DNA of 64,000 nucleotides from Setoptus koraiensis (lineage: Eukaryota > Animalia > Arthropoda), in NCBI GenBank assembly GCA_048013815.1, contig CM106586.1, positions 18,228,001-18,292,000 of the forward strand, read 5' to 3'. Both the position numbers and the translations under genes were made by a program. Position 1 is the stretch's first letter, and each line of letters opens with the position of its first letter. The notes beneath the pieces are model-generated. The model was not told the origin of the DNA and searched no databases. It worked only from the letters and a program-made list of their open reading frames with translations. Positions 46,828 through 59,130 of this stretch are shown here, piece by piece.

Positions 46828-49333
46828 TTGGTTGTTGTCGAGCATGTTGTTGAGCATGGGCTGGAAGTGGTGAGGTCGTTGTTGCTTGTTTTGCTGCTGC
46901 TGCTGCTGTGGCTGCTGGCGGAACATGGGATGCATTTGGTTCACCAGGAAGCTCGCCAGGGGGAAGCTGCCCGCCTGATGATGATCGATCTGGTTGGCGG
47001 CGGCCGCCGCCGCCGGCTGCTGGTTTTGCTGGCTGGTTGCCGGTAAATTAATTAGGTTATTTTGCTTGTGTTGCAGCGGTTGCTGCTGGTTTGGTGCAGC
47101 TTGTGCCGTTGCACCATATTGCATCACTTGCAAATTGGGCGGCGGCGGCGGAATCAGGGTCTGCGGCAGCACCATCGGCGGCTGCTGATGTTGCTGCATG
47201 TTGCTGTTGATGCTGTTGATGTTGTTGTTGCCGTTGATGTTGTTGTTGTTGTTGCTGTTGGACTTTTGGTCGACCACGAACTGCTGCTGCTGCTGCCCGT
47301 ACGATGCTCCGGCGGGCTTTATGCCCGGCGGAAACGGGGGTATGATGGAGTGGCCCGGGTAGTAGGATTGAAATAGGGCCAGCGCGGACTCGGCGGAGCT
47401 CGGGCCCATTTTTTGCGGCGTCCCCTGCTGATTGTTTGCGCTGTGCATTTGGTGCCATATGGGGGCCTGTTGCTGCTGCTGCTGCAACGACTGCTGATTG
47501 TTGACGTCCAGTTGTTGCTGCTGCTCGTTGCTGTCAATGTTGTTGTCGATCATCATGGCGGGCTGAATCAAATTGTTGTTGTCGTTGGGCGATACGGGCG
47601 ACTGCGTGGGCGGCGCCGGCGTCGGGCAGCAGGAATATCCGCGCTGGCACACGCCCTTTTGCAGTTCGCTCGGGCTGGCGCACAAGAAGGCCAAGAAGGA
47701 CAGTATGCAGCGGCCCGTACAATTGACATTGGGCTCGACGTCGTATTTGTCCTTCGGAGTGGACTGCTGCTGTTGCTGCTGCTGCTGTTGCTGCTGTTCC
47801 GGTTGTTGTAGCTGTTGTTGTTGTTGTTGTTGTTGCTGATCTTGCGCCGACTGCTGTTGTGTTTTGGTGACGCAACAAAATTGGTTTGGCTGACAGTCGT
47901 TGATTTCCTGAATGGCCTTGTCGGCGCCGTGGCACAGGTTGGCGAACAGCATCTGCTGACAGTTGCCCCGACACGGTGGCCTGTTGTTGTTGTTGTTGTT
48001 GTTGTTGTCGTTGCTGTTGTACAAGTGAGCGTGCTCGCTCTGGCTCAGGTGACTCGATTCGCTGGTTCCGTCGCTCGACATTAGATCGCTCGTCCGCTGG
48101 TCGTCCGGCCCGAGCGACACGGGCATTTCGGCGGGATTTCGGGCGCCCTGTCCGTCGTGTGCGCCGTTGGCGTCCGATGCGCTGCTGAACAGCATGCTGG
48201 GCGCGCTGCTGGACGCAAGCGCGTCAAATTGTTGCTGTTGCTGGTTCAGATAATGATGGGCTCGGTTGTGCTGCTGTAGCGCCAATTGATTGGTCTCGCC
48301 AACGGGCCCGGCGCCCTCTTGAGCGGCGCCGTCCATTGTGTTGTCGGTGTTGTAGGGCCCGAAGAGCGACCCGTTGGCCGGTAGGTGCGCCGGCTGTTGG
48401 CCGCCGAAATTGTCTTCCGCGTTAGGCGACTGGTCCGAACTGGCCGAACCCGAGCTGGCCCAACTGTTGAACAGCGACACGAAAATGTCTTTGAAATCGT
48501 TGAGAGCAGTGGGCTGCTGCTGCGGCTCGCCGCTTGGTGCGCTGCCGTTGGCCGTTGTGCTTGTTTGCTGCAACGAAGCCGACTGGTCGAGCGGGTCGAC
48601 GGGGCCGCCGCCGCCGCTGCCGCTGCTGTCCGACAGGGGCGCCGTCTGCGTCTCGACAACGGTCACAGACAGCAGGTCGCCGGGCGAGTCGGTGGTGGTG
48701 AATTGCAGCAACACAATGGGCGTCGTGTCTTGCAGAGCGGTTTGCGTCGTCTCGTTGCCACTTCCGGTTGCGCCAGTGGCCCCAATCGCGGACATTATCA
48801 CATCAGCTGGGCCCGAGTCTCGACCGGGCACCAGGTAGCTGGTTGCCGGTGGTGTCGTGGCCGCTAGTTGATGCTGCTGATGTTGCTGTTGTTGCTGTTG
48901 TTGCTGTTGCTGATGATGTTGTTGCTGTTGTTGCTGATGCGCGGCCACTGTTTTGTGCGAGTTGCGTTGTTGTTGTTGTTGTTGTTGCTGTTGCTGGTGG
49001 TGCTGCGGTTGTTGCTGCTGCGGATGCGACAACGAGGACGAGCTGTGCTGGTCGTTGACCACCTTGTCGCTCTGGTCCGCGCCGTAGGCATCTCTGAACA
49101 GCTGACCGGCGTCGAGGGCCGCCGTTGTGGCCATGTGATTGCTGTTGACACGTTGCCTGTCGGCTGCTGCCCAGACCGTGCCGTTGTGCGACACGCCAAC
49201 GTTATCAGCTGGCTGCTCCGAATTTGTCTGGTTCCAATTGAAATAATCGCCTTGCCTGTGCACTTCCGGTTGCGTCTGGCTCTCGGCCGCCTTCTTGCTC
49301 GCCTGTTGTTGTTGTTGTTGTTGCTGTTGTTGT

Positions 49334-49386
<53 letters not shown>

Positions 49387-51860
49387 TTGTTGTTGGCGCT
49401 CGCCGTCGCCGTCCGCGGCCGCCGGGCCCGTCGACTGCTGCGTGTCGTTCTGCAGGCAGCAAAAGAAGCGCTCCCCGGAGGCGCCCTGGCTGCAGTCGCC
49501 CTCGCTCGGTTGCGCGCAGTAAAACAGGTGCCTCTCCTGTATGCAAGTGCCCAGACACTGTTGCTGCTGACCGGCCGCCGACGGCGCCCTGCTTGCCGAC
49601 TGATGGGACGACGGTCTCGCCGGTTGTTGTTGCTGCTGTTGTTGCTGTTGTTGCTGCTGTTGTTGTTGTTGTTGCTGTTGTTGCTGCTGTTGCAGCTGCT
49701 GGGCAGCGGTCAGGTTGTTGGCGGCCGGCCCGAGCGCAGCGGCGACCGTGCTACCGGTGCTCGTGGTGCCTGTTGTGGGCGTGCTTCGCGAAAACTGCTG
49801 CGCCGGGTCAATGTTCGAATGGTACACCACCTGATGATGATTGTTTTGAGCGGGGCCCGATTTCAGCCAGTTTGGCGCGTTGCCCAGCGCCGAGCCCGAC
49901 ACGTACATGAGATTGGATTGTTTGTTTACATTGAAGGCGCTGTTGTGTCCGCTGTGAAAGTCGCTATAGTTTACATAGGCCGGTCGCCTGGGCCTCACAC
50001 TGTGCACCGCCGGCTGATTGGTGCCGCTTATCAGCTGATAATGATGCTTAGTTTGAATGGTCTTCGACAATGGCAGCTCGTGCTGGCCGGCGCCGTTGCT
50101 CGTGCCAGCATGTTGTTGTTGCGCGTTGAGATATTGCGACATTGACGATGTCACCTGAATGGGCTTATATAACAAGCTGGCCGCGCTTAAATGGTCTCTG
50201 TTGATGTCGAAACTGCCCAGATGCTGCTGATTGGCGTCTTGCTCTTGGTTGCGATTGTGCATCTTGTTTGCTGTAGTCAATGTTGCTGTTGTTGTCGTCG
50301 CCAGCTCACCTGTTCTGTCTGTGGGCCCTCTGTTTGCGTTTTGTTGTTGGCTTTGGCCGCTGCCCGTCAGCTGACCGCTGCCCGTCGGCTGGCCGCTGCT
50401 GCCCCCTGCTGTCAGTGGGAACGATTGCGGTGCGGGTGGCTTAAGTGGTGCTGTATTTGAGTGCTGTAATTGTCGGCGGTCGCCGTCGTGGTCACCATCA
50501 GAGGATTGCGCAAGCTCAACAAATGCGTTCGCTGTCTTGGTGATATTGTGGCCAATTGTTGGTTGGCCGTTTTGTGGCTCGTTGGCTGCACCGCTGCTTG
50601 TTTCGGCTGCTGCTGGCTCGCTTGATGATGACAGGAACGGTACTGATGGTGAGTGCTCATTAACAAGTCCGCCATCTTGTGCTGATTGATCGTCACTGTT
50701 TGCGTCTGCGTTGTCGCCTTGTTGTTGTTGTTGCTGTTGTTGCTGTTGTTGTTGCTGTTGTTGTTGCTGTTGTTGTTGCTGTTGTTGCTGTTGCTGTGAG
50801 ATACTATTGTCGCCGTTACCTGTTGATGTTGCTGCTGCTGCAACGTGCTGATTGGGGGCCACAGGTGTATCGAGACCGTCATTGAGGGCTGACTGAGCAG
50901 CTGATGCTGCTGCTGCTGCTGCTGTTGGTGGTGCTGGTGTATGTACTGGAGACGATGCTCGTGCACTTGTTGCCGTATGTGATCTGTCATTGTCAGCTGA
51001 CTGCTGCTGCTGTTGTTGTTGTTGTGCTCGTAGTGGCACTTGCTGTTGTTGTTGCTGTCTATTATTTGCTGCATCCAGGCGTCTAGGCGGTGCATCTTCA
51101 ACGTATGACACCGACGATGGATTAGGCTCAATATTGGTATCAAGTAGCGGCGGTGAAGTCTCAACAGGAGTACCATTAAGTGATACTTCGTCCGTGTCGC
51201 AGCATCTATAAAGAGGGGAATTACAGGTTGCGTTTTGTATGACATTTCGGCAAATTATTGTGTTCAGTATAAACAAGCGACACACGCCCGGACACTGGAT
51301 CAATTCTTGCGGTTGGCGCTGTTTCTGTTGTTGTTGCTGCTGCCTTGTCGACTGTTTGAACGGTTGCGATTGTTGTTGCTGTTGACTTGGTGGTGCGTTG
51401 TTGTTGCTGTTGTTGCTGTTGCTGTTGTTGCTGTTGTTGTTGGCGGCGCTGGTGCGCTGCTGCTGAGTGGCCTGCGAGTAGATGTTGCCCAGCAATTCCG
51501 ACGAGTGCTGAAAAATGTCTGAATGGTGCAAATTGAGATGAAATTTAAATTTAAAGCGTTAGTTTTCGTGGTCGCTGTTGGCCAGTGCGCCGTCGAGAGA
51601 ACGCAATAAGTGTCAGTGTGTCGTGTCCGGCGAACCGATCACAACTGTCCGCGGCCGGGCTCAAATTGGCCGTCGTTGAAGAGTGATAATCAATTAATTG
51701 CAGCCGCCACAGCTAGCGCGAGGAACAGTTTTAAGAAGCGATCGTTTGACACAGAAAGACGAGAATACCTGTTGCCGGCGCTAATGCAAATAGCATGTTT
51801 GTATGTATGTACGGCGGCCGAACTTGACCACACTGCACACCGTTATCACCCTTGCAACAT

Positions 51861-51916
<56 letters not shown>

Positions 51917-54900
51917 GTGTGTGTGTGTGAGCAAAATCCAGATATGGCCGGATCGGCCGTTTATCTCGGCGCGGATCTCGCTGTGAATCTCAGCGTGGAT
52001 CGCAAGCCGCTGGCCGGCCGGACAAGATAAACTACTGACACAAATGGTCAGCAGTTTCCTAAAAGCGGACGGCCAAGCACGCCGCCTAAGGAATCAGCAC
52101 ACCACTAGATGGGTCACACATATCGAGCATAATTATAAATATAATCCGAGCTAATTATGTTGGCGCTGCCGCTCCAATCAGCGACACCCATCTCGCCCGG
52201 TCTGCAAATGTTTCTGCGAAAACTGGTCACCTGGTGACCAGTTTCCGCACAAACATTTGTGTGTATGTATACATACAAATATGTGCTGCTGCATACTACT
52301 TGTTCCTGCTCGAAATGCGCCGCTAAACCATCGGCATAGGGGGCCATAAGTGGACAAAAATCGCCATTATCACTGCACAATCAGTCCGGCGAAACGGTTG
52401 TGTTGTCGCACGTCTCGCATACAATTTGATCGCTATCTCGGTGGAACGAGTTTAAAATTATATTTCTCACTCGCAGCAAGTGCTTCCTCATCGATACGCT
52501 CAGAATTGAAATTGATTTTGCAGAAAGTGTCCGCTGACCGGACCAATCGACGTATCGTTTTTCCGTTTCATCGCCATTTTTCTGACCTTTGCGGCTTCTT
52601 ATTCCCTCTTCTGCAGCCTGTGCGTTAATGCACTGTATGGCGTGCATGCCATTGGCGCACATTTATCGCAATTTTATTCCTTTGTACATTTTTCATAAAT
52701 TAGTGCACTGGAGATGGTTGCGTTTGCACAGTTCGGGACGCACCACGGTTGACGGGCTAGTGAGAGAACATGTCAAGAGATAAAAATAAAACGGCTCTTA
52801 CAATCATCGTATCGATCTTTAGATCGCTATGCGTCATGGACATAAGCATGACAATAATAATAATGAGCGGTCAATTAGACGACGCGTCGTCGGGAATAAA
52901 AGGATGGCCGTGTCGGTGTGTATCGGACAACAACGAACGACAGCAACAATTGCCGGCCGAATAGTGCCGATATGGCCGCAGAGCATATGCATTTCGAAGC
53001 CCATCGAAGCGACACACAACTCAGCGACTCATGGCACGCCGAGCAAATGGCGAAGAAGCGGACGAAGGCGGCCCAAAAGAACGGCCAACATGGCGACAAA
53101 GCCCGGCCTATCTGCAAAATTATCTGCTGCGTTGTTGTATCGGCCGGCTGGCGCCAGGACAGCGCATTGAAAGTGGCATCATTCGAAGCATTCAAATACA
53201 TGGGCGCAATGGTTCATTAGTGCCAGTTAACAGGATCTGGCTGGATTTAAATTGTACACCGGTCGCCAGTGGCCGCGACATTGAGTGGATCGGGTGGAGT
53301 GGACTGGACAAGTGAAGAGCTCGGCAGGCTGAAAGGAGCAACTGACAGTAACAAGCCAAAAGATAATAGACGGACCACCTTGGCCAGCCGGCCGAGTCTC
53401 GAGTGACTGGCGATCGGGCGACCAGAAGTGAATATGCGGAAATATTATGCCGAGCACTGGCGAGCCACGGTGAGCCTGTTATGACGGTTGCGCAACAGCA
53501 ACAATTAACATGGCCATGCCATATGTAAACGGCGCCTGAGAGTTGCGTTGCTGCCATTGCGCCGCGAATAAGAAGCGCCGCGAATAAGAAGCGCCGAGAT
53601 TGCGAAGCGCCGACACTGAGAAGCGCCGAGAACAACTTGTTGTCTCTGGGCGTACATTAACCCTGAAACGAACGCTCGTCGAAATGGAACCGAGCCGGCC
53701 GAGCCGAGCCGAACAGACCAACTTGATGGCGGCCAGCACAATGTGTAATATGCTGCGAATAATGCGCCGAAGCGATTTATAATATTTAAAAAGCGGCGAT
53801 ACAAGAGACTTGAGAATTCCAGTTTCTGGAATGGATTCATCGCCGTTGCAAGGCACTGGAAAGCATGAATCCATTTTAGTGGCCACTCGATTGTGTGGCC
53901 AAACAGCTCGATGGCGGCCAAAATGACCGTCATCAGCACGGCGATCATGGTCAGTCTGTCCGGGGCTGGCATGAGCTGCCCACAACGGGCGGCTCCAGCA
54001 GCGGCAGCGGCGAAAATTTATTTTTTCAACTAAGCTTTTGGCAAAAATTTCGATATATAAACATAACTATATAAAATAAAAAACTATCACGCAAATTTAG
54101 CAAGCTCAATTCTGAGCACCACATGCACACATTACGTAACTATGCATATGCCCGTAATATGCCATCACTGCCTGAACAGTATACATGTGGCAGCTTGCGT
54201 TGTTGAGAGAAAGTTCAAGGACCTCTGCTGATTTGCATCAAGTGAAAGGTCATTGCTAACTACGACGATCATCTCAAGCTCATTAGTGATGTTGCTTTGC
54301 ACAGCAAAACCAACTGCTAACTCACGGTGCGTTTATTGTTACACGTGCTGATTGCGGCATACGTGTTGCGTAGGTATTGCGTACGTTTTTTCACCTGTTG
54401 CGCTCACTTGGACACACTTACCCGAGAAGATGCTCGATCGAGCCGCCTGTTGTGGTTGGCGCGGTTGTTGCTGGTCAAAAGCCGAGTCGCGGTTGTTGTT
54501 GTTGCCGGGCAGCAGCAATTGGTCGTGGGTGACAAACATTTTTCTGTTTGCGTCAATGGCGCGATCCGTGTCGTCGCCGGCCACAGAAACATTGTTGCCG
54601 GCTTGAAAAGTGTCGCTTGCGGCCAATTCGTCCGCATAATTGGCTGGCGTCTTTGTGTCGTCGTCCATTCTGTCGGAGCGCTGCTGTCCGCCGACAAAAG
54701 TCTGAATGGGGGGCGGCTGAGGCGATGACATAATAAATGCGTCCGCTTGATTGATGGCCGGCAACAACTGCTGCTGCTGCTGCTGTTGGGTGTCATCGCG
54801 ATGCGACAGAAACGATTGAGACGGCTGCAATGGCTGCTGTTGTTGTTGCAATTGATCAATGTTTATGTAATCGCCAATGGAAAATTGACTTGACGACGCG

Positions 54901-55265
54901 AAACTTGCGTTTTGCTGTAATAACTGTTGTGCGCTACCGATTGATGAGCAGCTAATGCTAATTAACAATAACGTCAAATATGCCAATGTAAATATAACAT
55001 TGATTGGGCCGTAATTGTAATTGTGCGATGGACGCTGCCCATCAAACCATAAGCCACACATGACACGTAATGCTGGCAAGCTTGTCAGATGAGAATTCTT
55101 TCTGGGGCTGTCAACGCTTGCAACGTCAAACATTTTGTCGTTTCTTCTTTTATTCGTTGGGTGGCTTCTTTCTGCTTCGTAACACGGCTGCTGCTGCTGG
55201 TGTTTGTAACACACGTTGATTAGTTTAAATGTTGATAAAGCTTCTCGGTGCGACTTGCTGCTCAT
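43334..55265 (-). CDS. mas: Masquerade-like serine-protease homolog (non-catalytic); exons 55265-54422, 51518-44541, 44382-44282, 44155-44064, 43928-43334 (~2869 aa)
   Basis: Five C-x3-C...CC knot repeats; [76 protein letters not shown] (Ser>Gly), KVSSFVGWIHQIVSVNN. All splice phases are compatible (8610 nt total). Exon 1 is the least certain. Confidence 0.88.
51863..51929. repeat. (GT)n microsatellite in mas intron 1
   Basis: Direct GT run. Confidence 0.95.
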
Positions 55266-56006
55266 TGTGCTCACTGCTCTCAGACTGCGAAATAGTTGAA
55301 TTGAATAATATGATTTATTACATAACGCACACGTTGCACGTAATTGTAGCGATCACAATGGTGACTCACAATGGTCAATCGCAATTGGTCATCACGTTTG
55401 CTTGATTGCGCCCACGAAAACAAAAAAACAAAAAAAACTGAACTAAACTAAAGCTAACGGCAAGCCGCAATGTTGACAACAATCATCTGCTGCAATACAA
55501 TGAATGCAAATGGACAATGTGAATGGATTTTCGCTCCAAAAACACACTGCTCTGTCCGCTAGATATGCATACTATAGATGCTATTTTGGATTATGGTAAT
55601 GATAGCAAAATAATTTTTGCAAATTTTCATAAAATCTGCCAAAATTTTGCATGATTGAGCATGCGCACATGTGCTCGGCGCTGTTGTTACGTAACACAAC
55701 TGGCGTACGTAACAGTGCAACTGATGGTCAGTGTGGCACAAGTGTGCCATGCGCATGCGCCCGAAATTTGGGCGCCGAGAGTTGCAGTTCAAAGAGTGAT
55801 CAGCTGACGGCTGTTTTCATTTGGGCACAGTGGACATTTGCCGATATATATTGCCGATATGCATTGTTAAAAATAACAAATTAGAACCAAATCAGAAGCA
55901 AAATGGACGCAAAGTGGACGCAAAATGGACGCAAAATGGACGCAAAAAGCAGAATGGACGCCAAACGGGCTCTCTGAGAGTTATGTAATTTAATTACTGA
56001 CTGAAT

Positions 56007-57332
56007 CTAAAAGGGTGCATCGGTGGTGTTAAAATTGTTGCGCGAATTGGCCAGGGCCTCGGCCAACTTGGAGGCCATGTTAGAGAAGGGCGACGTGGCG
56101 CACTGGGCGTATTTGGCGCCACAATCGCTTTGGACGATTCCGTCGAGCCAGGCCTTGGAATATTCTGAGCCAAAATTGACATAAACGGTGGCCGATATAC
56201 GCTGCAATGAGTTGGACATGAATGGCGAATTTCTGATAAGATGGTCGGCGGCCTCGCAAACTGCCCTGTGTCTACACGCTTCGTCTGGTATGCTGGATAT
56301 GGAGTCGAGAACGGGCGAGAAGGCCTTGAGATATTGATTGGTCACTTGAGTGACCGATTTGGGCAACAATTGTTGAATGGTGGCCGGTAAGTTAACTAAA
56401 TGCGGCATGAGCAATTGTGCATATTCTGGCTGCAACTGGCGTGCAAAACCCACCAGACCACTGCCCAATCCCAGCTTGACTAGTAGCGCTGGCCACATCA
56501 AATGTATTCCGTAGGTGATCATGGCCCAAACGAGGCCTCTTATGAGTGCTCCCTTTAGTGTGACACCAATCAGCGGGCCCAGCAGCATGGCTTTCAGGGC
56601 GAACATGCCCATATCTCTGGCCGAGCTGCCCACAACGGCAACGCGATTCCTTTCCACCTTGACCAAATTACCGAAGAGGTCCTCGACGGTGACAGCGTCA
56701 TCTGATTCGTTTGAGTAGGCAGACTTGGATTGGGGCCGGTGGCGGCCCGCTTGAGCATTGTCGCCAGAGTAGAAGGGCGAGGTGTCACGCTTGGTGCGTA
56801 CCTTGGTGCCATCGTCCTTAGTGAGAATAGTCGAAATGGATGAGATGATGGAGAGGGCCGTTGTTGTTGGCGACGAGTCCTGGTCCTGTCCAATCTGAAC
56901 ACAATCGCCGTCACAGTCGTTGGCGGCATAGTCGTCGCCGTCCGAGCCGTCGTCGTCGACCTCCTCGTACTCGTCCTGGTCATCTGATTCTCCGGAGCTG
57001 ACAATGGTCATTGATCCGTTGTTTGAGGCCAACGAGTCCTCGTAATCGCTCTCGTCTTGCGTGCCTAAGGAGCTTTTATCAGTTATCTTTTTATCTGTTG
57101 TTATCTTTTGCGGGGATTGCGTCGCCTTATCAGTTACCTTTTGTGGGCTCAGTGGGGCCTTATCATCGGACAGTGAGTTTTGGGCTTGTTCGGACAGCCT
57201 AGAGACGTCGGCTGGTTTTGTGTTGACTAGACAGCTGTAGTTTGTGAGTATGACAATAATCAGCGTGGCTACGAGCATTGTGACATAGCTTGTTGAGGCA
57301 AACATTCTTGAAGAAAATGATGATTTGATCAT
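56007..57332 (-). CDS. Secreted or membrane protein, 441 aa, intronless, with acidic linker, furin site and DM4/DM12-like C-terminus
   Basis: N-terminal hydrophobic segment, D/E-rich tract, KVRTKR, long hydrophobic core, PDEACRHRAVCEA..SDCGAKYAQC. Family assignment by motif resemblance only. Confidence 0.75.
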   Translation of the reverse strand: MIKSSFSSRMFASTSYVTMLVATLIIVILTNYSCLVNTKPADVSRLSEQAQNSLSDDKAPLSPQKVTDKATQSPQKITTDKKITDKSSLGTQDESDYEDSLASNNGSMTIVSSGESDDQDEYEEVDDDGSDGDDYAANDCDGDCVQIGQDQDSSPTTTALSIISSISTILTKDDGTKVRTKRDTSPFYSGDNAQAGRHRPQSKSAYSNESDDAVTVEDLFGNLVKVERNRVAVVGSSARDMGMFALKAMLLGPLIGVTLKGALIRGLVWAMITYGIHLMWPALLVKLGLGSGLVGFARQLQPEYAQLLMPHLVNLPATIQQLLPKSVTQVTNQYLKAFSPVLDSISSIPDEACRHRAVCEAADHLIRNSPFMSNSLQRISATVYVNFGSEYSKAWLDGIVQSDCGAKYAQCATSPFSNMASKLAEALANSRNNFNTTDAPF

Positions 57333-57846
57333 GGCGATTAAAAGGGGGCGATAAAATGATGATTGAGTAATTAATTAGTTAATTGAGTGATTCTAAAATG
57401 ATGCCGTAAGTGTCTGAATGGTGTTTGTGAAAGCGTCGTGTCTATTTATACTCAATATCAACACTTTGGGCCAATGGTGTCACACCGAGCCTCTGCTCGC
57501 TGGCGCACAGAGGCCTCTTGCGCGTGCCACTTGGTGCACGCGCACGCACAAGAGGACACATTTTCCGTTTTAGACAGCGCTACTGGTTGGGCACAAATTA
57601 CGTTCTGTGCCCGGTCTGTTGTGTTCTGTGCAAACTACAACAACCTGTTGACGATGCCATGCAAATGACCATGCAAATGCTACGCAATAAACGGTGCGAA
57701 TGAACCCGAATCGCGCCAATTCCTTGTGGAGCATGCTTATTCAGCCTGAATAATTCAGGAGACTATCAAACGTCTGACGTCTGTGTGACACAACTACTGT
57801 TGATAGGTGGCGGCTAGGTGGCGCGAGAGTGGCTCGCCGAGCATAA

Positions 57847-57903
57847 TCTACAAAATTTGTAGTCTACAAACTTTGTAGTCTACAAACTTTGTGGTCTACA
57901 AAG
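57847..57903. repeat. 16-bp self-complementary tandem repeat (TCTACAAACTTTGTAG) x3.5
   Basis: Direct reading. Confidence 0.85.
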
Positions 57904-59044
57904 TGCGATCCAATCGCGCCACCTACACTCAAGACCACGGCAGCGCTAGCGGCCTCTGGTGTGTGACCATGGCATTATTCTGGAAATAGTTTCATATCTG
58001 GCGCGCTTTGCGCACCTGTTGGCGCCACTCCAGCCAAGTCATGTCCACTATCCACCATGGAATCCGATGCTGATCAATCCCTAGCTGCCCGGGCCCCTCG
58101 CCTTCGCTTGGCCCCCCGTAGCTTCTTTAATCGGAAAGAATCCCTTGGACTGTACCTGTACAATACCTGTTGGTTGTGGGTTGTGAGTGCTGCATGATTG
58201 TGAGTGCTAATTTCGGGAATATTCGGATTATTGGCTGCAGGCAAGGGCCCGACTGCGGCCTGCACACCAAAGCCTGCAGCCTAAGGAGGGCGCCTATAGA
58301 AATGCGATGAGTATTAGTGATTGTTGAACAAAGGCATAGTCCAATTTGTGTGACCTGAAATTATTGTCTTCGTGCATATCAACTGAGCCATGTCGAGATG
58401 CCACTATCACGATTTACTTCTCACAATTCTCACATTTGTCAGTGGCTCATCTCGTTACAATACATCCTATTACCTATTACACAATTGGCTGGCTGTTGTT
58501 CAAGGCTGCCGTTAGTCTCACGTAGCCTAGTTGGCGTAGTGGTCGATCTGTAGATCATTCATTCATTGATTATTGTGAATGGGTGATGATGGGCGAGATT
58601 ATCTGCGAGGATCTGCGAGGATTTGCCAAGATTTGCCAAGATTTGCCAAGATTTGCCAAGAAGAAAGTTGCAGAGTTGGCGATTTGCGAGCGCAAGTGCA
58701 AGTTTTCGATGATACAAGTCGTATCAACATCAAAAGCTTGTGTGTGTGTGTGCGATAGAGAAAGCCACTTGTCCACTAAATTGGGCTGCCAGCCACTTGT
58801 TAGCGCAACTGGGGATCATCGCTCAGTCATGGATGAGCGTATGAAAAAGAGAGTAATTGTTGCAGATGTTATGTAAAACATTATTGAAAAACGGGTCCGA
58901 ATGCCTGGTCATGTCTAGCCAAGACAGACCGAGCAGAGCGAAGAAACGATGCGATCTGGCTGGGAACAAGGGGGGGGGGCGGGGGCGAGAAAAGAAGGCG
59001 ACAAGCCGAGGGGCTGCCAGGCCGAGCGGCTGCGAAGCCGGCCA

Positions 59045-59130
59045 GCCGAGCGGCCGAGAAGCCGAGCGGCCGAGAAGCCGAGCGGCCGAGAAGCCGAGCG
59101 GCCGAGAAGCCGAGCGGCCGAGAAGCTGAG
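59045..59130. repeat. 16-bp minisatellite GCCGAGCGGCCGAGAA x5
   Basis: Direct reading. Confidence 0.9.

Noticed and set aside
44610-51522. Many long plus-strand ORFs (e.g. 48868..50145, 425 aa poly-Leu)
   Set aside because: Antisense shadows of CAA/CAG/AAC repeats in the mas exon; low-complexity L/V/C runs with no domain.
53505-53972. ORF with a GPCR TM7-like word (CLATAMNPF...RRFL) in mas intron 1
   Set aside because: Only a short motif, lacking NPxxY and other helices; likely chance.
57847-59130. Short palindromic and tandem repeats as CRISPR-like arrays
   Set aside because: No unique spacers, eukaryotic context and no cas genes.
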